From Pseudomonadota bacterium (GTDB taxonomy: Bacteria > Myxococcota_A > Bradymonadia > UBA4248), in assembly GCA_017441205.1 (NCBI GenBank), contig JAFRYG010000024.1:6046-70045 (forward strand): a stretch of DNA of 64,000 bases. Direction: 5' to 3'. The translations under genes were made by a program, and so were the position numbers. Positions 19,274-27,407 of this stretch are shown here, one piece after another. The notes beneath the pieces are model-generated. The model was not told where the DNA came from. It searched no databases and saw nothing but the letters and a program-made list of their open reading frames with translations. Numbering within the stretch: the first letter of the stretch is position 1; each line of letters starts with the position of its first letter.

Positions 19274-20602
19274 TTAAATTTTATTGACGCGCCCCATGAA
19301 GAGAGCGGTATTGGTATCGGTTTCCATCAGGAAGAACAAGAAGGGGTGATCGACGACAATTTCGATCGGATTCGAGGGAGGCGGAAGCATTGCCTTTGTC
19401 CGCATAACCACTGCGGTTGCGGCAGCAGCTTCGGCACCTTTTTCGTTCACATCGATGTAAGCTTTTTGAAGCACCTCGGAAATCATGAGTTCGTCGGAAT
19501 CAGACATGCGCGAGAAATCTGCATCGTGTGTAAAAGCCGTCGTCATGCCGAGAGAATTCAGCATCTGCCTGAGGGAAAGGCTCGTTTCGATGCGGAATTT
19601 CGGCATTTTCAGCTTCACCATGCGACTCGACATTGCTTCGCGCATTTTGCGAATCTCTTCTGCGGTCAAAGTCGCGGTAACCTTATTCAGGGCTTCGTCG
19701 ACATCGACGCCATCGGCAACTTTCGGCAGGATGACAAACAGCGAATAACCGCCGATGAATGACAAATCCACTGCGATAAAAGCTTCATTATCCAGATAGA
19801 CGCGATGCTTTTTGTTATGCTGCATCATATCGACCTGGATGACGCCGTCGTGCGTTTTAAAATCGGCCTTTTGCGTTGCCGATTCACTGAACGAATCAAA
19901 CCATGGGGCCTTAAAATAGATGGCATTGGTCAAAACGACGCGCGTCAGTGAGCTGAGAATACCCGGAGGCAGAATATCCTGGATTTTGCCCTGAGTGGAT
20001 TCTGCAACGTCAGCATTGATGGTTTTGCGGGCATTTTCCGTATCGCCGATGAAATCGAGCTGACGCGGCTTAACGTCGTAGGCTGCAGATACACGCTCCA
20101 TATAATCAGGCAAAAGATTGCTCGTTTTTTCAACCCAGATGCGATTGTCTATCGTGACCGTAACATTTTCGTCAGAGGCAGACTCAGCCATTGCCTTCTC
20201 GACATCTTTACCCATTTCGCTCAAATTCTTTGCATCCGGCAGCCCAAGAGCCTTTCTCATCTCGGAAATTGTGGTTCCGCATGCACCTTCGTAGACCATT
20301 CCCAAAGCTCTCTGTGCCGAGAAAGGAGAAACGACAGCCGAACCTTCCTGCATATTTCTGAGCATATTCAGACCGAAATTGTTATTGGCATCGCTCCATG
20401 CAGCCATTTCGATTGCCGCATCAGAACTCACGACACACTCTTTTGGGGCAGCTTTGGGAGCCGGAACGTTGGCATTATCGGAATTTTCCGCAGTCTGGTT
20501 CTCGGAAACAGCGGTTTCGACGTTTTCGGGAGTTTGCTTTTTGGAGCATCCCACGAGACACATTGCGGCAATGATACCTGTAATTATCAGAGATTTTTTC
20601 AT
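19274..20602 (-). CDS. Serpin-family lipoprotein (serpin 2) with a canonical inhibitory hinge.
   Basis: Start re-set to MKKSLIITGIIAAMCLVGCSKK (lipobox). The core 'VVSPFSAQRALGMVYEGACGTTISEM' and the hinge 'EKGAEAAAATAVVMRTKAML' match the inhibitory E-x-G-T/A-E-A-A-A-A-T consensus. C-terminal 'VDHPFLFFLMETDTNTALFMGRV'. Confidence 0.8.
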   Translation of the reverse strand: MKKSLIITGIIAAMCLVGCSKKQTPENVETAVSENQTAENSDNANVPAPKAAPKECVVSSDAAIEMAAWSDANNNFGLNMLRNMQEGSAVVSPFSAQRALGMVYEGACGTTISEMRKALGLPDAKNLSEMGKDVEKAMAESASDENVTVTIDNRIWVEKTSNLLPDYMERVSAAYDVKPRQLDFIGDTENARKTINADVAESTQGKIQDILPPGILSSLTRVVLTNAIYFKAPWFDSFSESATQKADFKTHDGVIQVDMMQHNKKHRVYLDNEAFIAVDLSFIGGYSLFVILPKVADGVDVDEALNKVTATLTAEEIRKMREAMSSRMVKLKMPKFRIETSLSLRQMLNSLGMTTAFTHDADFSRMSDSDELMISEVLQKAYIDVNEKGAEAAAATAVVMRTKAMLPPPSNPIEIVVDHPFLFFLMETDTNTALFMGRVNKI

Positions 20603-20907
20603 AACAATCCTGGAGCAACAATCAAACATCAAAACGAATGCCCGTTTCGAAATCATCCGTCCTGTAAATGGAAATCGTGGAACTGACAAAACCGGAAAAC
20701 CGGGATTCATCCGAATATCCGGAATTTCCGATCACTGTATGGTAATACTAACGATAAATGCGATGTTTTAGAAAGAAAAAATTGAGCAAACATCTTCCGG
20801 AATACGGTCTTTATACTTTACCCTAAAACGTGGATATAATATGATATAATCAGTTCGATATGCCAAAGACTGTCCTCCGCAAGGAAGGCGTGTCTTGAGT
20901 CTGCTCA

Positions 20908-22686
20908 TTGCAGATCAGCAAAATACGGGAAAGCAATATGCGTCTAAGAGAACTCAAAAACGGTGTTCAAATCTGTCCGGAAATCACACTTGATTCGCTG
21001 CTTTATACCCATAACAGCATTGCACTCTACCTGGCATCCGACACTGACAGTGGGCATACACTGGTTCATCTTTTGCCGGATATTGAGGATGCCTCCCTCG
21101 AAGTTCTGCAAAAAGTCGTTGAGTTCTATAAAGATAACCTCAAGCTCGAAACGCGCTGCGGTCGTTTTGAAGAGTTTTTATATTTTTCAGAGCCATTTCC
21201 ATTGGGTGAATACATGTTTGAGTGGCTTGAACGCCGGGAACGCGTAGCCCTTCCCGAAGCCCTCAAACGCATCATCTCTTTGCTCAAGATACTGCAGCAG
21301 GCGCACGAAAAGGACATTTACAATGGCCGCATTACGCCTCAGTCCGTTCTTCTTGAGCGTTCGGGAGTTGCCTTTGGTCTGAGAATGATGGGACTCGGCG
21401 TAGCCCAGGCTTTGCCCCCCTCGCTCAGATACGATATCGACTGGTTCGACTATACGTTCGACCTGGAAGGCATGAGCCCTGCTGCCGTTGATATCTATGG
21501 TATTGCCATCATTCTGATGGGATTGGTCAGCGGTGAATCCGGAATCGACAGCTTCGAAGCCACCGGTCTGCTGCCGCAATCCCTGCGCGGCGGCATTCTT
21601 CAACAGGCCATGGAACGCGCACTCGCACTCAGAATCGACGCATACCCAACCATCCTTGCGTTCAGCCTCGATCTCGAAGCTGCGCTGCTCGAAATTGACG
21701 ACCGTCAGGGCGAAGTCTACGTCGGCGACCTCGTCGGTTTTGAATCTGCCATAAAAAGCATCTCAAGTATTCATGAGGAAAAGCCCGAAAACTCAGGCGT
21801 CTGGAGTTCGATGTTCGAGACGCTCGAACAGAATGAACGCTCGAGCCTTTTGTGCTCCCTGACATCCCTGACCGCAATCCCTGCCCTCGGCCCCGAAGAT
21901 GACGATGATATTACCAAAGTAACCACATTGCCTCAGGCCCTCGTCGGCATGCAGCGTATCAAATCCGCACATCAGCACGAGGACGAATGCAAAACCGATA
22001 TCCTCGCAGCTCCAATGGCTCTGCAGGACGAGGTAGACAATTCATCCGCCGAGGCCGCAGAGGTAGACAATTCATCCGCCGAGGCCGCACCCGAGGAACA
22101 GGCACCTGCGCAGCCGGATAAACCCGAAGACAAATTCGCCAGTATCAAAAATCTCGAAGCCGAACTGCAGAGCGATGACGAGGAAGATGATGCTCCAACG
22201 CGCGTCATGATGCGTCCGAATTATGCCACCATCAGTTTTGGGCAAACCGGACAGGGCGTCAACTCTTCCATCGAAGAAGTCATTAAGAATTCTTCATCCG
22301 AACGGGCAACCGTCACGACCATGCTGGATCGCATCCAGCAGGCAACCGTTATCGAATTCGAGTGCGAACTCAAACACGACATCCAGTATGATCCCAATGA
22401 TCCTGTTGCATTTCCACCGGAAGACGAATCCCAGGACAGCCAGTCTGACGATTCACCGAATTCTTCTCTCGTCAGGAATGCAGCAGAAGCCAAGTCAAAA
22501 ACCAAAACCGGCAAATCACCAAATATCAATGCCCCGCAAAAAGCTGATGTCGTCGCCCACACATCCACGCACTTCAAGGCACCCAGCAAATTCAGCAAGG
22601 GCCAGAAGTTCCTCCTGATATTCCTCATCATCGTTGTCATTGCTCTGGGAATCGCGATGGCCATGCATTATTACCATTTAATATAA
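20908..22686 (+). CDS. C-terminally membrane-anchored pseudokinase (degenerate Hanks-type kinase fold).
   Basis: Kinase-like subdomains are present, but the catalytic loop reads 'NGRITPQSVLL' where HRDLKPENILL is expected (Asp lost) and DFG reads 'MGLG'. Subdomain IX-like 'DIYGIAIILMGLVSG'. Acidic repeat DNSSAEAAEV x2. C-terminal TM 'FLLIFLIIVVIALGIAMAM'. Confidence 0.45.
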   Translation: MQISKIRESNMRLRELKNGVQICPEITLDSLLYTHNSIALYLASDTDSGHTLVHLLPDIEDASLEVLQKVVEFYKDNLKLETRCGRFEEFLYFSEPFPLGEYMFEWLERRERVALPEALKRIISLLKILQQAHEKDIYNGRITPQSVLLERSGVAFGLRMMGLGVAQALPPSLRYDIDWFDYTFDLEGMSPAAVDIYGIAIILMGLVSGESGIDSFEATGLLPQSLRGGILQQAMERALALRIDAYPTILAFSLDLEAALLEIDDRQGEVYVGDLVGFESAIKSISSIHEEKPENSGVWSSMFETLEQNERSSLLCSLTSLTAIPALGPEDDDDITKVTTLPQALVGMQRIKSAHQHEDECKTDILAAPMALQDEVDNSSAEAAEVDNSSAEAAPEEQAPAQPDKPEDKFASIKNLEAELQSDDEEDDAPTRVMMRPNYATISFGQTGQGVNSSIEEVIKNSSSERATVTTMLDRIQQATVIEFECELKHDIQYDPNDPVAFPPEDESQDSQSDDSPNSSLVRNAAEAKSKTKTGKSPNINAPQKADVVAHTSTHFKAPSKFSKGQKFLLIFLIIVVIALGIAMAMHYYHLI

Positions 22687-22689
22687 TGA

Positions 22690-23685
22690 ATGGTTCGTGA
22701 ACCTTTGCACATCATCCGCAATGCATTCATCCTCATTCCACTCGCCATAACGGGAATCCTCTTTTGGAATCCCAATGTGGCCCAGGGAACCGAGTGGCCG
22801 GATTGTCAGTTGTCCAATTCGGCATACTGCAGCAACTCCTGGCAGGGTGGATATGCATTCGCACATTGGATAAATCAACAATCACCACAAACGCTTTACC
22901 AGGATGAAGGCAGCATTGAACAAATCCATGCCAATCCTGCGCACCTCCTGATATGGCCGAATCCCCCAGCCGTCTCACTTCAGACAGTCCTCGATATTCT
23001 GGCTTCGGGATCCAGTATCCTCGTATTTGATGAGTCTGATACGACGCTCGAATGGTATCGGAATCTGTTCGATAAACGTGCCATAACCATCGATTCCCCG
23101 GCAATTCAGCAGGCATCACATATCAATGGAAGCCAGGCGCTCCCCGTCATTCCTCCAACCAGGGATTTCATCCGGGATCTTGAGTTTGCCGGCGATACCT
23201 CGCAATGGCAGATCGCATTCAATCATCCCTCCCCCATCGTCGTACATGAACAGGGACATACGAGTTTTCACCTTGTCTTTGCTTTCCGAAATCCTCATAC
23301 TGAAAATTCCGGAACCGCCGTCATCATCCGAGACGAAAGTACATGGACAGAACTCATGATGAATACGCTCGACAATTCAAAATTCCTCCATGCCATTCTG
23401 GACTCCATGTGTCCGGCAAAACAAGCATGCACGATTCACTTGTATGAACCGGCATTCCAGTGGTCCGCCCCCGTCATTTCCGATGAACCCGAATCCCCTG
23501 AATGGCAGGAAACCATTCAAAAAAGCATTGAACAGTCGCGCCAAAAATGGACGGACTGGATGGATTCCAACGAACCCCTGTTCAAACAAATTCCCTGGAA
23601 AGAAATTCTCATTTCCATCCTTTTGCTTTGGACAATCATCGCTGTCATCGCCATATTTCCTCTGACAAGGACAAAATCAGGTTGA
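22690..23685 (+). CDS. Hypothetical membrane protein with N- and C-terminal TM helices.
   Basis: The start lies 3 nt after the previous stop. Hydrophobic segments at both termini. The topology resembles DUF4350-type proteins (memory only, not asserted). Confidence 0.3.
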   Translation: MVREPLHIIRNAFILIPLAITGILFWNPNVAQGTEWPDCQLSNSAYCSNSWQGGYAFAHWINQQSPQTLYQDEGSIEQIHANPAHLLIWPNPPAVSLQTVLDILASGSSILVFDESDTTLEWYRNLFDKRAITIDSPAIQQASHINGSQALPVIPPTRDFIRDLEFAGDTSQWQIAFNHPSPIVVHEQGHTSFHLVFAFRNPHTENSGTAVIIRDESTWTELMMNTLDNSKFLHAILDSMCPAKQACTIHLYEPAFQWSAPVISDEPESPEWQETIQKSIEQSRQKWTDWMDSNEPLFKQIPWKEILISILLLWTIIAVIAIFPLTRTKSG

Positions 23686-23692
23686 GGATGTC

Positions 23693-25834
23693 ATGTTCAT
23701 TTTGCTCATTCTCCCCCTGCTTGCCCCCATTTCGATAATGCAATTTGTCCAGCAGCTGGAAGCGACCAGTCTGCCCGCGCTCATTCGCTGGCATCCGGGA
23801 GTCTGTTTCCGCCCGACAGAACAAACAGCAGCGCTCTCCAAAGATCAGGAAATTACCTGCGTTCTGGCACACGCCGGACAGTACCCGCCATCACGTTCCC
23901 AATTCAATCATATTCAGAATCAGTGTTGCTTCTTCGAGCCTGCGGAGAATGGTATTTTCTGGGCCATCGGAGAATCCGTGATGTCACAGGTCATCCCGGT
24001 TTCCAAAGAAAATCTGGAAGCGACCAATGTTTTCGGCTGCTCGCACGAAGAATTTGAACTCCACGCCGCAGAACTCCAGGATATACTCGCACTGGATACG
24101 ACCAACGATGAACCCATTCCGGATGTCCGAATCACCCTTTCGGATGATTCCGTCCACCTGATTTCCTACACAAAAGTCACGGATGATGACGGCTACGCCG
24201 TATTTCCCGTCATCCCCGGTGAAAACTACGTCATCACCATGCGCGCAGATGGATATCTTCCGGCTGCGCCGCAAAAAATTACTGGCACAGCTGATACCCG
24301 GCAGGAATACGTCGTCGAACTCGATCCCGGCCTGTCCCTGTCCGGCACGGTTTTGTCCCCGCAATCTGCTCCCATCAATAATGCACACCTCCACGTCGAA
24401 ATCGAACGCCCCGATGGCAGTCTCTGGAGCTCCGACATCGATCAGCCCCGCAACATATCCGGCATAGCAAGGCATTCCCAGGACGAGTGGTCTTCCTCGC
24501 GAAGTTCCTGGTCGACCTCCGAAAACGGCAGATTTCGCGTTACCCCCCTTCCTCCCGGCAAGATCCGCATATTCGCAGAACACAGCAGCTATGCTCCTTC
24601 TGCATGGCTGTCCCTGGATGCCGTCAATACCAGAGATCTCCCGGAAGTCACCCTCACGACGAAGCCCCCGAAACACGCCTGGATCCGGGTAGAATCTCAG
24701 GAACACGTTGCCATTTCCGCAGATCTGACCATTCTGGATGCAGAAACCGGTTATGAAGTTTCGTCCATCAAAACACCCAAAACCGGATCCCTCGAACTTA
24801 AAACGCTCCCGGAAAAAGTCGTTTTCTTTGCATTTTCAGACAGTTACGCCCCACTCCGCGTCGAACGCTCCATACAGGATCACGACGAAATCATCCTCAC
24901 GCTCGATCAGGCCGTTTCGGATTCCATCACCATCTCACTCTTCAACCGGGATAATGTCCCACTCCAGAATGCCACACTGAGCCTGGCCTCTTCCGAACAG
25001 CAAAAGTCCCACCCACTTTGTCTTGCCAAAACAGATTCCCAGGGAAAGGCAACCCTCGAATTCTGCCCCAAATCTTTCTGGATCGATGTTTTTCATCCCG
25101 ATTATACCCATCACCGCCAGTTTATCACGCTCGACAAGCCTGCTGCCGAAATCTATCTGTCCACTGGTCAGGACATTCAAATTGCGATGATCGACGAACA
25201 AACCGGTGAACCCGTTTCCGACGTCACATGCACGCTGAATTCGACTTTCACTGAATCCGGTTCATCCTCCGTCCTCAGCGAAACGATTCAGGTCACCGAT
25301 GGACACCTCGTCGCACGACATCAGGCCGACGTCCCCCACAAAATCCAGTGTACGGCATCGCCCCAGCGAACGATTACACAGGAATTTCAGCTTTCGGAAG
25401 TGCCCGAATCCCTGAAATTCCCCCATGTTATTACACGTTCATGCGTCGTTCTGGACGCATTCGGTGCAGCCATTCCCTACGCCCGCATCGACATGGGCAA
25501 TCAACAGTTAGAAACGGACGAAACCGGCCGCATTCATCTGACTGCCATTCCCAATACGACACTCCATGTCTACCACTGGCAGCACGGACACACGCAAATG
25601 CACTTTTCGGAAGGCACGTCCGAACTCGAACTTCGCCTCCCCGATACCCCCATGCCCGGACTCGCCGACTGCCTCACAGCCCATCAAATGCCGCATATTC
25701 AGGACAGTGCTGCCATCCAGCTCGATTCTTCGAACAAAAAATATGGTACGCAGCGCGGCGATTATGCAGAATCCTGCACCGACTCACAACTCGTCATCGT
25801 TCGCGATGGCAATCGCATTCGTATTCGCTGGTAA
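23693..25834 (+). CDS. Large secreted protein with repeated carboxypeptidase-regulatory-like (beta-sandwich) domains.
   Basis: The start lies 7 nt after the previous stop. Recurrent 'D..G.a.l......Y.l...a.GY' units (DDDGYAVFPVIPGENYVITMRADGY; KTDSQGKATLEF; ETDETGRIHLTAIPNTTLHV). Confidence 0.35.
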   Translation: MFILLILPLLAPISIMQFVQQLEATSLPALIRWHPGVCFRPTEQTAALSKDQEITCVLAHAGQYPPSRSQFNHIQNQCCFFEPAENGIFWAIGESVMSQVIPVSKENLEATNVFGCSHEEFELHAAELQDILALDTTNDEPIPDVRITLSDDSVHLISYTKVTDDDGYAVFPVIPGENYVITMRADGYLPAAPQKITGTADTRQEYVVELDPGLSLSGTVLSPQSAPINNAHLHVEIERPDGSLWSSDIDQPRNISGIARHSQDEWSSSRSSWSTSENGRFRVTPLPPGKIRIFAEHSSYAPSAWLSLDAVNTRDLPEVTLTTKPPKHAWIRVESQEHVAISADLTILDAETGYEVSSIKTPKTGSLELKTLPEKVVFFAFSDSYAPLRVERSIQDHDEIILTLDQAVSDSITISLFNRDNVPLQNATLSLASSEQQKSHPLCLAKTDSQGKATLEFCPKSFWIDVFHPDYTHHRQFITLDKPAAEIYLSTGQDIQIAMIDEQTGEPVSDVTCTLNSTFTESGSSSVLSETIQVTDGHLVARHQADVPHKIQCTASPQRTITQEFQLSEVPESLKFPHVITRSCVVLDAFGAAIPYARIDMGNQQLETDETGRIHLTAIPNTTLHVYHWQHGHTQMHFSEGTSELELRLPDTPMPGLADCLTAHQMPHIQDSAAIQLDSSNKKYGTQRGDYAESCTDSQLVIVRDGNRIRIRW

Positions 25835-25917
25835 TTCTTTGGCGGGGCAGCCTTTCGCGCAGATGCGCGATACGGCCTGCCCGTCTGCGCTATGCCTGCG
25901 GCATACGCGCAGACACT

Positions 25918-26781
25918 TTATGCTTTGCCGCCACGTCGTTTCAAAGCACTCTCGAGCGTCTGTTCCATCAGACTGATCACGGTCATGGGCCCAACGCCGC
26001 CGGGAACCGGCGTAATATAGCTCGCCACTTCAGACGCCGGGCCAAAATCCACATCGCCGTGAATTACGCCGTCCGGCGTTTTCGTAAACCCGCAGTCCAC
26101 AACGATCGCGCCCGGCTTAATCCAGTCTCCTTTGACGAGTTCCGGAGAACCTGCCGCAACGACGATCAAATCCGCGCGACGCACATGGGATGCAAGATCC
26201 TTCGTACGGGTATGACACATCGTCACCGTCGCATTGCGCCGCTGAAGCATCAGACTCATGGGTTTTCCAACGATATTGCTCCGGCCGATAACCACGGCAT
26301 CCAATCCTGTCAAATCCAGATGATACGCATCCAGAAGACGAATGATCCCGCGCGGCGTACACGGCTCAAACGCATTCGATTCCCCGAGCAGCAGTGCCCC
26401 CATCGCCGCCCGCGTCAGTCCATCGGCATCCTTATCGGCCCGAACGCGGTTCGGCAATGCAACCGCATCCAGATGCTTCGGCAGCGGAAGCTGAACAAAT
26501 ACAGCATCACATTCCGGATCCGCATTGCAGGCATCTATCCGCTCCTCCACTTCAGCGGAGCTCACATCTTCATCAAAATGAAATACTTCGTGACGAAATC
26601 CAAGCTTCTCCGCCATTTTGCACTTCGTGCGAACATAACTCGCACTTGCCGGATTCTCACCCACCAGAATGACACACAGTCTGGGCGCCGTTTCCGGCGA
26701 AAAATGAGATAAAACTTTTTCACGAATATCGTTCTGAATTGAAAGCGAAACCGCTTTTCCATCGAGAATTGTCGCCGTCAT
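25918..26781 (-). CDS. folD: Bifunctional 5,10-methylene-tetrahydrofolate dehydrogenase/cyclohydrolase.
   Basis: Full-length match to the FolD family by eye (ILDGK...YVRTK...PLPKH..D.DG...NIVGKP...TV..CHSRT...ADIVV.A.G.P..V...W...GA.V.DVG). Confidence 0.9.
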   Translation of the reverse strand: MTATILDGKAVSLSIQNDIREKVLSHFSPETAPRLCVILVGENPASASYVRTKCKMAEKLGFRHEVFHFDEDVSSAEVEERIDACNADPECDAVFVQLPLPKHLDAVALPNRVRADKDADGLTRAAMGALLLGESNAFEPCTPRGIIRLLDAYHLDLTGLDAVVIGRSNIVGKPMSLMLQRRNATVTMCHTRTKDLASHVRRADLIVVAAGSPELVKGDWIKPGAIVVDCGFTKTPDGVIHGDVDFGPASEVASYITPVPGGVGPMTVISLMEQTLESALKRRGGKA

Positions 26782-26786
26782 TTGGA

Positions 26787-27314
26787 TCATGCCTCCCGAA
26801 GTATCTTCAATATTTCAGTAATATCCAGCCCATCCCGATTCCACGGGCGCTTGAGCGAAAGCAGCCGCCCACCGCGGGATTCCCAGCGCGGACCATAACC
26901 CGCGCGATCATCGATCAGCCATGTTCCGGGTTGAGCACAGATTTCCTTGGGTTGACCAATTAATACATTTTTCGTGTGCAGGTTCTCATAAACCCATTGC
27001 CACTTGCCATACGAACTCTCAGGAAAAGGAGCCGGTGTCGTCAGAACCACGCAGGTCGCACCGGTTTTCTGTGCCGTTTCCCACAGCTCATCCGTCCACG
27101 GAAGCTTGGGCAGATTCAGCCACCACTGAATTCCCTGTGAACGCACTTTTCCCCAAAAATCTCCCTTGGGTATCGACAATCCCCACTCTCCGACTTCCGC
27201 CCACTGGGCTTCCGTATAACTTGCAGGATCGTCCCCAAACAACTTCACCAGGCCATAGTGCATATCGACCAGTACACCATCCAAATCAATACAGATGACC
27301 TTTGGTTTTTCCAT
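26787..27314 (-). CDS. HAD-superfamily 5'(3')-deoxyribonucleotidase-like protein (NT5C family).
   Basis: HAD motif I 'ICIDLDGVLVDM' at the N-terminus. Small (~175 aa) and Trp-rich like the NT5C family. Confidence 0.55.
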   Translation of the reverse strand: MEKPKVICIDLDGVLVDMHYGLVKLFGDDPASYTEAQWAEVGEWGLSIPKGDFWGKVRSQGIQWWLNLPKLPWTDELWETAQKTGATCVVLTTPAPFPESSYGKWQWVYENLHTKNVLIGQPKEICAQPGTWLIDDRAGYGPRWESRGGRLLSLKRPWNRDGLDITEILKILREA

Positions 27315-27407
27315 ACTATCCTCCTCCCGTTCAGTTGCACGACAACCCCAATCCCCCCGGAAACACGCAGTCCCTCATCAAAGCACTGCACGGTTTCCTG
27401 CCAGATA

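Noticed and set aside
25348-26712. 454-aa Arg/His-rich ORF on the plus strand across folD.
   Set aside because: It is antisense to an unmistakable folD. Its composition is biased (R/H/P) and no domain is recognisable.
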